Assembly (NCBI RefSeq): GCF_044704955.1
Contig: NC_091977.1
Location: 164,734,001-164,798,000 of the forward strand
Direction: 5' to 3'
DNA from: Pristiophorus japonicus
Lineage: Eukaryota
Length of the DNA stretch: 64,000 nucleotides
The notes under the pieces were generated by a model. That model ran no database searches, had not been told where the DNA came from, and worked only from the letters and a program-made list of their open reading frames with translations. The position numbers and the translations under genes are program-made. Shown here piece after piece: positions 13,201 through 24,977 of the stretch (positions are counted from its first letter, which is position 1; each line of letters opens with the position of its first letter).

Positions 13201-14066
13201 GATTCCAAGGGGGTTCCCTACAAAGCCACTTATCACGCCTCCTGTTGGCCTATAGATCCCGACCACACTCGCTCACAGGGGTTCCACCCGCAGAGCTATT
13301 AATGAAAAGGACGCTCAAAACCCGATTATCCCTTATACACCCCACCATGAAAGAAATTGTCGAGAGCAGGCGCCAATCACAATATCACTACCATGACAGG
13401 AATGCGAGGGCGCGATGTATTGATGTAAATTATCCTGTTTTTGTCCTCAACTACGCTGCAGGGCCCAAATGGCTTGCAGGCACTGTGGTTGCCAAAGAGG
13501 GAAATAGGATTCTGGTAGTTAAACTTACCAATGGACAAATCTGCTGCAAACATGTGGATCAAACAAAAAGGAGGTTCAGCAACCCCATAGAAGAAGCAGA
13601 GGAAGAACACGATATAAAGTTCACTCCACCACAGATGACCGAACACCGGAACCAAAGGGAGGAGAGCCCAGTCACTGTGGGCAGTCCGGACAGGCCTGAG
13701 GCACCGCAAACAGCAGACACTCAGGCCAGCGCCCAACAACCGGAGCCCCAACTCAGGCGCTCTACAAGGGAGTGTAAACCACCAGAGAGACTCAACCTGT
13801 GATCCCAATAAGACTTTGGGGGGGCGAGGTGATGTCATGTATTCAACCAGCATTGTAACCCATGTATAAACTGACCTAAGTTGTACACCGTGAGAACACT
13901 GACCACTAGATGGGAGACACGCCTAACCTGGACCTTCAGGTATAAAAGGGGAAGCTCCACCCACCTTCATCACTTGAGTGCTAAGGAATAAAGGACTGGT
14001 CACAGACTGACCTTCTCTCAAGCATGGGCCTCGTGTGCATTTATACTGTGTAGTAAGGACGTATCA
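10204..14066 (+). mobile_element. Two-LTR Ty3/Gypsy (Mag-like) retrotransposon, internally deleted and non-functional
   Basis: 234-bp LTRs at 10204-10437 and 13833-14066 (TG...CA, 6 mismatches by eye). 5-bp TSD GGCTG at 10199-10203 and 14067-14071. Degenerate tRNA-Ser PBS after the 5' LTR and a PPT before the 3' LTR. Domain order PR-RT-RH-IN. Confidence 0.97.
10948..13802 (+). pseudogene. Gypsy pol: protease, RT, RNase H, integrase (frameshifts and deletion)
   Basis: Protease LDTGA. The RT catalytic site reads FQGD instead of xxDD. RNase H motifs CDAS, EKEALA and TDHKPL. The integrase zinc finger is joined directly to EF..F...NGI.H.RTAP, so most of the DDE core is missing. Confidence 0.93.
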
Positions 14067-14859
14067 GGCTGCCTTACAGATATTGGATTGCGGTGCGTGG
14101 GGCAGAGGCCAGGCTGAAAAAAAATTTTCAAAAATCATTGCTGTGCAGCCAGGAGTAGGAATGCTTCTCGACTCCACTACTCTCGATCGGCCCTTCCCCT
14201 GCAAGTCAAGCAATCTAACAGTGATCTATTTAAAATGGGCAAGCTGCCTTTGGTTGCATGTCAGGTGGCGGCAGCTCGCACAAATAATGTAAATGAGGCC
14301 TGAGGCCCAATTTTGGCCCAGCTTCGAACCTCCCGGTTTGGGTTGCCCAAAAACAGGCCACAATCAAGTTCTATCCCACAAAACCTTTTAAACTTCAATT
14401 TGTGTATTTTTTTGATCTGGCACATGAAGGGTGTACAAAAGTTGCAGAATAAAAACAGCTGCTGATGTTAGGGAGAAATGAAAGTGTAACTAAAGGAATT
14501 GCATTCTCTTTCACTATCTCTAGTCATGTAGAGATATTGTGGATATCCCACTTTCTGTGCATTTAGTTGGTCTATTTGGGAGAGATTTTGGGAAGGCTAA
14601 TTATAAGTTACTGATAGAAAATAGATTGATTTTATATGTTACATATGTGAACTAATAACAAAATAGATATTAATGCCGCTGCATTTTCACTTGTTTATGA
14701 TAGGGGCCCTGACGTTCCTCAGCCCTGCTCTGCCAGCATGAGTGCAGCACTGCTGACTTCTGTTCTTGACTCCATCAGAGTATCTGAGATCAAGGTGGTG
14801 ACCATCTCATTATCTTCAGCAGGCACACATCTTGAGCACCTGCTAGAGGGGAGGAGCCA

Positions 14860-16657
14860 AAAACATAGAAAATAGGTGCAGGAGTAGGCCATTTGGCCTT
14901 TCGAGCCTGCACCACCATTCAATAAGATCATGGTTGATCATTCATCTCAGTACCCCTTTCCTGCTTTCTCTCCATACCCCTTGATCCTTTTAGCCATAAG
15001 GGCCATATCTAACTCCCTCTTGAATATATCTAACGAACTGGCATCAGCAACTCCCTGCGGTAGAGAATTCCACAGGTTCATAACTCTCTGAGTGAAGAAG
15101 TTTCTCCTCATCTCAGTCCTAAATGGTTTACCCCTTATCCTTAGACTGTGATCCCTGGTTCTGGACTTCCCCAACATCGGGAACATTCTTCCTGCATCAA
15201 ACGTGTCCAGTCCCGTCAGAATTTTATATGTTTCTATGAGATCCCCTCTCATTCTTCTAAATTACAGTGAATACAGACCCAGTCTCTCCTCATATGGCAG
15301 TCCAGCTATCCCGGGAATGAGTCTGGTGAACCTTCGCTGCACTCCCTCAATAGCAAGAACGTCCTTCCTCAGATTAGGAGAACAAAACTGAACACAATAT
15401 TCCAAGTGAGGCCTCACCAAGGCCCTGTACAACTGCAGTAAGACCTCCCTGTTCCTAAACTCAAATCCCCTAGCTATGAAGGCCAACATGCCATTTGCCT
15501 TCTTCACCACCTGCTGAATCTGCATGCCAACTTTCAATGACTGATGTACCATGACATCCAGGTCTCATTGCACCTCCCCTTTTCCTAATCTGCCACCATT
15601 CAGATAATATTCTGCCTTCACGTTTTTGCCACCAAAGTGGATAACCTCACATTTATCCACATTATACTGCATTTGCCCACTCACCTAACCTGTCCAAGTC
15701 ATCCTGCAGCCTCTTAGCATCCTCCTCACAGCTCACACCGCCACCCAGCTTAGTGTCATCTGCAAACTTGGAGATATTACACTCAATTGCTTCATCTAAA
15801 TCATTGATGTATATTGAGAGGGGTATGGAAAGAAAGCAGGAAAGGGGTACTGAGGTTGAATGATCAGCCATATCTTATTGAATGGTGGTGCAGGCTTGAA
15901 GGGCCGAATGGCCTGCTCCTGCACCTAATTTCTATGTTTCTATGTAAATAGCTGGGGATCCAGCACTGAGCCATGCGGCACCCCACTAGTCACTGCCTGC
16001 CATTCTGAAAAGGACCTGTTTATCCCGACTCAGTGCTTCCTGTCTGCCAACCAGTTCTCTATCCACGTTATCCCCAATATCATGTGCTTTAATTTTGCAC
16101 AACAATCTCTTGTGTGGGACCTTGTCAAAAGCTTTTTGAAAGTCCAAATACACCACATCCACTGGTTCTCCCTTGTCCACTCTACTAGTTACAAGCGCAA
16201 AAAATTCTAGAAGATTTGTTAAGCATGATTTCCCTTTCATAAATCCATGCTGACTTGGACCGATCCTGTCACTGCTCTCCAAATGCGCTGCTATTTCATC
16301 TTTAATAATTGATTCCAACATTTTCCCCACTACCGATGTCAGGCTAACCGGTCTATCCCTCCTTTTTTTTAAAGTGGTATTACATTAGCTACCCTCCAGT
16401 CCATAGGAACTGATCCAGAGTCGATAGTGGAAAATGATCACCAATGCATCCACTATTTCTAGGGCCACTTCCTTAAGAACTCTGGGATGCAGACTATCAG
16501 GCCCTTGGGATTTATTGGCCTTCAATCCCATCAATTTCCCTAACACAATTTTCTGACTAATAAGGATTTCCTTCAGTTCCTCTTTCTCGCTAGATCCTCT
16601 GTCCCCTAGTATTTCCGGAAGGTTATTCGTGTTTTCCTTCGTGAAGACAGAACCAGA
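14860..16657 (-). mobile_element. 5'-truncated CR1 ((TTCTATGT)n subfamily) containing an antisense CR1 tail at 15817-15945
   Basis: RT fragments [18 protein letters not shown] and FADD, plus a 3'UTR with GGGCCAAATGGCC. Nearly identical to ORF2 of the 46845-51300 copy. Confidence 0.93.
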
Positions 16658-16994
16658 AGACAGCATGAAATGCAGCGCCAATGATCAATTGATTTTGTTG
16701 CATTGTCCCTCATTTGAATTCAATATTCTCAAAACCAAATATAAATAATAACTTCTTATATGTTCAACTAAATATGAAAATCATTAGGGGCATTACAGCT
16801 TCTTACCTGCACAGAATTATACATTTTTAGAAGTAATTGCAAAGAACTTTCATTAGATTATAAAGTTATATAATTTTTAGCTGATTGTGTTCTGATATTG
16901 GCAGTATTTACACCAGAATGGTATTGACAGAAATTACAAAATGAAATATCTTGTTTTGTTTTGCTTTGATAGGTTTTCCTTTAAACACAGTCAT

Positions 16995-17350
16995 AGCACG
17001 TAAGAGGGGTTTTGATAGAGTAAATAAGGAGAAGCTGTTTCCACTGGCAGGAGGGTCAGTAACCAGAGGATGCACTTTTAAGATAATTGGCAAAAGGAGA
17101 GATGAGATATTTTTAAATTAGCGAGTTATGATCTCGATAGCACTGCTTGGAAGGGTGGTGGAAGCAGATTGAATAGTAACTTTCAAAAATTGGATATATA
17201 CTTGAAAAGGATACATTTGCAGGGCTAAAGGGAAAGAGCAGGGGAGTGGGACTAATTAGATAGCTGTTCCAAAGTTGTGGGACATCCCTCTGATCCCATG
17301 CATAGGCATGATGGGCCGAATGTCTTCCTTTTGTGCTGTAAGTCCTATGC
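16995..17350 (+). mobile_element. Old CR1 3' fragment
   Basis: GGTTTTGATAGAGTAAATAAGGAGAAGCTGTTTCCACTGG...GATGGGCCGAATG, similar to 24650-24975. Confidence 0.75.
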
Positions 17351-17779
17351 TTGTATGATAAGGGCCCTGAAACTCTGCAGGGCGGTACATCACTGCATGC
17401 TCCTGCCCCAAACCTCCACTGCTGAACGAAATCTGCCAATGTTCATGGGATCAGAGGGATATCCCACAACTTAAATGCCTTTAACATGCTAGAGATGCAT
17501 CTGCCCCCTTTCCCGCAAAAGTAGACATGTATGATTGTCAAGTGAGGACAGGTTCAGGGTTAGCTCCAATGCCCTCCATGACAGATTAGCCTGCCAAGTT
17601 TAATTGTTGAGATTCATTAAGAATAGCCACTGTGTTACTGATGGGCTGTTGCTGCATGTGAATTTGTACTCTAGACGAATACAATAGTGGAGAGAAAATT
17701 GGCAACGAAAGGTCAACCTCTAAGACATAACATACCTCATCCAGATTCATTAGCACATATATCTAAAGTGAATTTTCAA

Positions 17780-18625
17780 TATCTTGTGCTGTATCCTACA
17801 TTACAACAGCAACTACACTTAAAAAAATACTTAATTGGTTGTAAATGCTTTGGGACATAGAAACATAGCAATTGCTAGACAAACAAAAACAAGATTCATC
17901 TAGTTCATCTTCTTCCCTCCTGGTAATTGCATGATGCAATGATAGTGGAGTTAATCTTAGCAATCAATCTCTATCAATTAATCTACTATGGATCCAAAAA
18001 CAACACAAGGAAAGGTGGAAAGATTTGGGAACCATGGGTCCAAAGTCGTACTTTTCTTCCCGCTACACTTACCTCATGTCATGTCTCAAATTACCCTATA
18101 TTTCAAAATGTTATGTTCTGAATTAAATCTATCAAATTTGCATTTGAATGAATCAATACTAACTGCTTGTGCCGTCTCCGCAGTGAGTGTCGCAGAGATT
18201 GACCACTCTCTCACTGAAATATTGTTTCCACGGATTAATTTTGGATTTACTGCTCCCCCTTCAAGCTCCCAACCTTCTTTTCTAGTGAGAACATTTCTCA
18301 CATTCTGAGGTAGTGAAAGGCACTATATAAATGCAGGCCTGCCCACACTGCGATATGTGTGCGCATTAGGTCCGTGCAGCATAGCAGGTCTCCAGTCATC
18401 CTGGTTAACCCTTGCCACTGGATAAAGACCTCGCTCTGTTAAGCCCGTGTGGTGGCTGGTGTGCAACGGTCACCACACGTTAAAAAAATACATGCACAGG
18501 CACCTTCAATTTGATTTCAGGACTGGAACATCAGGTCTTTTATTGAAACATCTGTGAACACATGTGGAAGCAAGTCATCCTCGTTCGAGGGACCACCTAT
18601 GATGATAAATGCAAGTTCTTTCTTT
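17780..18625 (+). mobile_element. DeuSINE-like 3' half, interrupted by a LINE fragment (17858-18303, -) and an RTE-type element
   Basis: The pieces rejoin as CCTACATTACAACAG..ACTACACTT..TTGGTTGTAAA.GCTTTGGGACAT / TCTGAGGTAGTGAAAGGCACTATATAAATGCA / AGTTCTTTC. The first insert encodes A.SIDSFK.KFDRF, a CR1-group ORF2 end. Confidence 0.65.
18336..18604 (+). mobile_element. Short non-autonomous RTE-related retroelement
   Basis: Flanked by ATAAATGCA (18327-18335 and 18605-18613). The 3' tail AAGCAAGTCATCCTC..CGAGGGAC..CCTATGATG matches the RTE LINE tail at 54600-54643. No ORF. Confidence 0.75.
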
Positions 18626-18759
18626 ACATTGAGCTGAAGGAAATTCTGTCTTATTTGAGACTACATATCAAACAGTCAGATACCATGGTAACAACCTTAG
18701 AGTCAATGGTGGTACTGGATAGTTAGGGTTGGATATTATCATATAACAATAAAATATAA

Positions 18760-19400
18760 CAGCAACTAATTTTTACATAGTGTTTTTAACATGGAAATTG
18801 TCCCAAGGTGCTGTACACACAAAATAGTAAAGAAATAGACATTGAGATGAGGTGCCACTGTTAAGAGAGGTGACTTAACGTGAGTTTTGAGAAGGTGGAA
18901 AGAGAAGTGGAGGGGTTTTGGAAGAGAATATCAAAGAGTAGGGTCCAGCTGGCTGGCACTCTACCACCATTGGCATAACAGAAGGAAAAGGTTGCACAAA
19001 AGGTCAGAGTTGGAGGACTGAATGGTGCCAAAACTGAAGGAGGTGGCCAAGAAAGGGTGGGGCAAGGCCCTAGTGGGATTTGAAGATGAAGGAAAAGGAT
19101 TTAAAATTTAATGTATTGGGGACAGGGAGCCACTGTATGTCAGCGAGGATGGGCGTGATGGATAAGTGGAACTTAGTGGAAGGCAGGATATAGGCAGCTC
19201 AATTTGAATCATAGAAATTTACAGCACGCAAGGAGGCCATTTCGCTCATCGTGTCCCCAACAAGTTGAAGTTTAGGAAAGGTGGATGTTAGGTGATCGAC
19301 AAGGACATTGGAAATTGACTCTAGATAAAGCGTGCATAAGAGTTTCAGTAGAAGTGTGGGTTACATGGTGCCGATTGTGGCTGATAATGTAGAGGTGGAG
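18760..19400 (-). mobile_element. Old L2 fragment (small CR1 tail inserted at about 19207-19260)
   Basis: Degenerate match to the L2 copies at 8069 and 51910, including TCCCAAGGTGCT and GGGGCAAGGCC..GGGATTTGAA. Confidence 0.55.
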
Positions 19401-20149
19401 TTAAAGGGTTGATTTTAACCATTTCCACTGGGTGGGAAATGGATGGCAACGCTTCAGCCGTCTGTTTTACAGTCCACCTGATTTTGCTTTCTATTGATGT
19501 GAGATTTGAAGCTCAGCTCTGGGTTGAACAGAAATCCAAGATTTTGAAGGTTTCGTACTTAAAAATTGAATTGATGTTTGGGGCTTGTGTTGCTGAAATA
19601 GCGTATTGATAATAAGGGGGAATCAAGAATGGATCTGGGGCAAGTCACCACACATGATCTTTGGGTCCAGGAGGAGAAATGGTGTAACATCACTAATTAC
19701 CAAGATTGCAGTAGCATTATTTGAATAGGGCAGGTTTATAGTCAACTGCCACACTGGATAGATTTTTACATTTCCACATGGTTCGAGTGGAGCATAAACG
19801 CCGGCATGGACTTGGTTGGACCGAATGGCCTGTTTCTGTGCCGTATATACTATGTAATATTATTTTGTATGGCAGGAAACATTTAATTTGTGGACGTTTT
19901 TGGAAATTAACAATACTTGAAGCTGAAATGCACAGCAGCTCCGTCAACAACTGCAAAGGTAGCAATGTTTCACGTGTGGACCTTGATTTAGGATCCATGC
20001 TTCAAACATTTACGAGTTTTTACATTTCTCCTTATAGACCTCCTGCCTATTTCAAACACTTGATATATTTTTAAATTTGCGATCCTGTTAAATTTGCAGC
20101 ATTTTCCGTAGAGTGTGCCGTTCGGGTTATGATGGAGTAAAGTTGGATG

Positions 20150-20950
20150 TATCAGCCCACTGCTGAATGTGAGGATGCTGCTGCTGCAGCGCTGCAAGGG
20201 TTTCGCTGGGGGAGCGCGTCTGACAGCCCGGGGCAGCGGCTCCAATCTCCCGTCATGCTCCTTCGTCCTGTTGTCCCCGTCTCTCTCCCTCCCTCCGTGT
20301 GCGGCTGACGTCAGTGCCGACTAGGTCCCGACCCGGAGTGTGAACGAGAGTCATGGCGGCGGTGTCTGCCGGCAGGGAGCTAGTGTGTGCAAAATAAAAC
20401 TGTTTGTCGGCAGCCAAACTGAAAGAGAGAGAGAGAGCGAGTGCGAGTGCGAGTGCGAGAGAGGAACAATTACAAGAGAAAGAAAAAGGGAACTGGGGCA
20501 CGAGACACGACAATAACACTCAAGGAGAACAAAACCGAATCGCCGGGTGAGAAATGTCCTCCCTCCCGGAGTCCCCCCCAGAGGAGGACAGGGACGAGCT
20601 GGGGAGCCGATAGAATGCTGGGACAGAGTGTGAGCGCGAGCTCCGGGCTGAGGTTCGGCCGGGCAGCGCCGACTTCCAATGGAATGTGCCGGGACCCGCT
20701 AAGAGGTCGCGGCGGGCTCTCGTGCGCCCACACAGCCCCCGCACATTCCAGCGGCCGGCAGCGAGCGATGTGGAGAGGCTGCCCGGACAGGCTGGCAGGC
20801 GGACTGACACCGACACATAGCGCGCTAGGCCCAGGCCTGGGAATGGGTGTACGGTGTAATCCCACTGTCCGACCCACAGGCGCTTTGTTATTCACCCAAG
20901 GCCCCAGCGTATACCCGCGCGCCGCCGACATGATAACCGGCTGTATCGGA
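20150..20950 (+). promoter_or_regulatory. CHD1: CpG island / CHD1 promoter with CRE (TGACGTCA 20306-20313), YY1-like CATGGCGGC (20352-20360) and a (GA)n/(TGCGAG)n tract
   Basis: The only non-repetitive CpG-dense stretch in the window. It lies about 1 kb upstream of the CHD1 start exon. Confidence 0.85.
20330..20546 (+). other. CHD1: Predicted non-coding exon 1 of CHD1 (start approximate)
   Basis: Lies inside the CpG island and ends at the donor CGG|GTGAGA (GT 20547-20548). Vertebrate CHD1 has a non-coding first exon. The TSS cannot be fixed from sequence. Confidence 0.6.
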
Positions 20951-21488
20951 AGACTGCAGGCATTTACAGAAACGAATTGTTTTTTTTATTTCTCTTATCT
21001 TTGGGATTTTCTCCCCACACGTTCTTTGTCTGGCTTATTCTCTTCCCTGGAAGCCGTGCTTCCCACGCTCGATGAAGACCCAATGACGGGTCTGGTATTC
21101 TCCGGCAAAAATAACACTTTAGACATTAATGGTAGAAGCGACATTACAATGTGGTCATTTTTTGTTTCGATTATACAGATTGTCTTTTACATTTACATTT
21201 ATTCTGCAAGTAACAGTAGGAGTCCGCATGGTGATCCCACACAGTATAAAAATGAAACCTAGACAATCGAAATCGATTAGATGAACGAAAACAGAACATT
21301 TTGTTTTCTATTTATTTTTTAATGTTTTATGACATTTACGTACGCAATCGATGCCAGTGATTTGATTTTGTCAGGCAGCGATAACTGTGTCATAATACGT
21401 GATCCGTGTTTATCTGTAATTTGAATAACTGCAGTTTTTGAGATCATAGAGACTTCTATCCTAAATACTTCAATTTCTTTTACTGCAG

Positions 21489-21633
21489 AAACGTGGGGTA
21501 CGCATTTGGAGGATAAGCAGAAGTACAGAACCACTGTGGACCGATAAATACGTTTTATTTCGGAGTAGGATTTTAGCAGTTTTCAAGCTTAAGTGAAGGT
21601 TCTCATCTGATACTTTCCTTTTCAAACCTGGAA
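21489..21633 (+). other. CHD1: 5'UTR part of CHD1 exon 2
   Basis: Acceptor TTTCTTTTACTGCAG ends at 21488. No ATG occurs before 21634. Confidence 0.7.
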
Positions 21634-21686
21634 ATGGAGGGTCACGGTGACGAGGACAGCGTCAGTAACAGCAGTGGAGACTCGAG
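21634..21686 (+). CDS. CHD1: Chromodomain-helicase-DNA-binding protein 1, first coding exon (partial CDS)
   Basis: GAAATGG Kozak context. Encodes MEGHGDEDSVSNSSGDS+AG, versus human CHD1 MNGHSDEESVRNSSGESS (from memory). 53 nt ending in phase 2 at AG|GTATTA. Too short for the ORF track. The following Ser/Gly-rich exon was not seen in the window. Confidence 0.9.
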
Positions 21687-23619
21687 GTATTAAAAGCTTT
21701 ACTTCTTAACTCTGTAAGCAACAGAAATATACTGTGTTACTGTACTGTAACATTAGGATGTTAAAACGTTTCAGTGATAAATCCTTATGGGTTGTGCTTA
21801 TAAAAATGGGAATGTATTTCTCTCCCTCTGCTCCCAATAATTTGAACATTCTACCACACTCTACACTGCTGAACATCTTGATTTGGATACTAATGCTGGC
21901 AGAAGATGCAAATTCTGGTAAAATTCCTGATGAGAAAGCTCCAAAAATGTAATATCTGTGTTCAAGCTCTTTTAGGTTTTTTTACTTATAGTTTGACATC
22001 TTGACCCTTCAAGTGTGTGACAGCAAAACCAAGTTCAAGTAACATACTTGAAGTGAATGGCATAGATCATTGGATTTCCAGTGCCTTGGGACATCTTTGT
22101 GTATCTGATTTGCCATGCAGAGAGTTCCTATATCAGCCATTCCCCAGTTAAAAATTGCTGACTGGAACATAGGCAAGTTGCAACATAGATTACAAGAGGC
22201 ATTTGGTGAAGAAAGTCCGTTTGGTCTCACCTAGAATACAATCTTGCTCTCTTCCTGTTGCAACATCTGGCTACTTTTTAAAAAAAAAAGTCCTGAGTTT
22301 TGGGCTCGTCAATCCTCTGGCAACAGAGCTGTTGGTCATTAAAAAGAGGAATCAAAGGTGTGCCCATGTGTATCTTCCAGTAGTTGGAGTAGGTTCATGG
22401 TGTGGGAGAATACAGAATCACGAAAATGAATAAACCACAATTATAATCAAGCTACCGTGGCATATGTATTAAGAATGCACAGTATTGTGAAATTTTGGGC
22501 ATAATGCAGAAGATCATATTGTGTCAGGCCACATCATTGGAGAATCGTATTGTATAAGGGTTATTTATTTTTTCAATATCACAAAAACTGAAGTTTATGC
22601 ACAACATAATTTTATACTTGCTCAGTTTGATTTAGCTGCTTTGAATGCACAAATTTTGGGTTGGATGCAGGTTATCCTTATTTTAAAATAAAGGAAATTA
22701 GGCATTTAATTAAGGAGAGGGGGGTGTCAGCCTCGTCGATAGTGTCTGTTTCCCAACTCGTGTACTGTATCATGATAAACTTCTGCTTAACTATTGCCAC
22801 CAGCTGAGTGAATTTTTAATCACTTTTCAGTTGATGTAATATGGCACTGTTGCAAGATGTATTTTCTCAGAAGGAGGAAATAAAACCTGCAGTTCTTTTT
22901 ATTGCAAGCATGCCTCCTGGGGAAGCATTATTGACACTGAAAGGAGTATCTATTCCATACCATCCAGTTAACAGAAGTCACCTCTCAAATAATGGTTGCT
23001 GCTAAAAATGAGAGGGAGAAGAAAAGCAAATTTGTTTTGGTCCTTTTCTCCCACAAACAAAAAATCAAGCTGTACACATAATTAATGCCCATTTGGATGA
23101 TGTGCTGGAGGGATATGGATCTTGTGTAACTGTAGCCTAACATGAAGTCAACACTTTGAGGAGAGAGAGAGCATTCTCATTTAAAAAAAAAAGAGCTCTG
23201 TTTTGTAAACATTGATATAATATCTAGATTCTGAAAGAAATAGATTTTTGAATTAAAATAGTTTAGTTTTAGACCATGTTAAATGCCAACATTATGTAAA
23301 ATGATCTTTGAACTATGTTAAAGTATACAAATAGATAATAGATTAATAGATATTAGACTAAACTGCTGCCCCTTTGTTGAGAGACGAGATACAGTTGCAT
23401 GCTATAATACCCAAATATTGCACACTCAGTTTCTTTGTTAATCCTTATTTTTGTTGTATTTTAGCATTATTGCCAGAACATTGCATTGTGTTACAAATGT
23501 GGTCCATTGCCAGTATCAGTTCAGCAAATGGTTCACAGTGCAATGACTGCAGCATTACCTGATTTTCTTGTCCATTACAATAGGCACTTCTTTTTTTGAC
23601 TCTGGCACATAATTAATAA

Positions 23620-24977
23620 TAAGGGAGAGGGTTAAATCGAGCAACTACAGACTAGCCAGCCTAACATCAGTGGTGGGGAAATTTTTAGATGCAATAATCC
23701 GGGACACAATTAATTGGCATTTGGAAATGTATAGGCTAATACATGAAAGTCAACATGGATCTGTTAAAGATAAATCATGTTTGACTAACTTGATTGAGTT
23801 CTTTGAAATAATGGCGAGGGTTGATGAGGGTAATGTGGTTGATGTTGTGTATATAGACTTTCAAAAGGTGTTTGACAAAGTACCACATAATAGACATGTT
23901 AGCAAAATTTAAAGCCCATGGAATTAAAGGGACAGTGACAGAATAGATACAATATTGGCGAAGGGACAGAAAGCAGAGAGTAATGGCGAACGGTTGTTTT
24001 TCAGACTGAAGGCAAGTATACAGTGGTGTTCCCCAGGGGTCGCTATTAGGACCACTGTTCTTTTTGATATATATTAATTGCTTGGACTTGGGTATACAGG
24101 GCATAATTTCAAAATTTGCAGATGATACAAAACATGAAAATGTAGTAATCAACGTGGAGGATAGTAACAGACTGGTAAAACGGGCAGATACATGACAAAT
24201 TACATTTAATGCAGAAAAGTGTGGTTAAACTAAATGGTGCAATTTTAAAGAGGGTGCAGGAACACAGAAACCTGGGATGTATGTACACAAATCCTTGAAG
24301 GTGACAGGACAGGGCTGTTAAGCAAGCATGTGGGATTCTTGGATTTATTAATATAGGAATAGAGTGCAAAAGCAAGGAAGTTATGCTGGACCTTCATAAA
24401 ACACTGATTAGCCTTCAGCTGGAGTATTGTGTTCAATTCTAGGCACCACATTTTAGGAAGGATATCAAGGCCTTGGAGAGGGTGCAGAAGAGATTTACCA
24501 GAATGACCTAAGAATTTACCTAAGATGACCAAGGATGAGGGACTTCAGTTATGTGAAGAGACTGGAGATGCTGGGGTTGTTTGCCTTAGAACAGAGAAGG
24601 TTAAGAGGAGATTTAATAAAGGTGTTCAAAATCATGAATGGTCTTGCTAGAGTAAATAAAGAGAAACTTTCCAGTGGCAGAAAGGTCAGTAACCAGATTT
24701 AAGATGATTTTCAAAAGAACCAGAGGTGACATAAGTGAATATATTTTTTACACAGCGAGTTATGATCTTGAATGCACTGCCTGAAAGGGTGGTGGAAGCA
24801 GAATCAATAGTAACTTTCAAAACAGAATTGGATAACTACTTGAAGGGAAAAAAAATACAGGGCTGTGGGGAACGATCACTGGAGTGGGATTAATTGGATA
24901 GCTCAACCAACGAACTGGCACAGGCACGATGAGCGGAATGACTTCCTTTTATGCTGTGGCATTCTGTGATTCTATGA
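23620..24977 (+). mobile_element. 5'-truncated older CR1
   Basis: [23 protein letters not shown] and YIDFQKVFDKV; tail ATTCTGTGATTCTATG. Confidence 0.9.

Noticed and set aside
20441-21262. 273-aa ORF, and overlapping - strand ORFs, in the CpG island
   Set aside because: GTG start, no recognisable domain, and it crosses the exon 1 donor. GC-rich islands are poor in stop codons.
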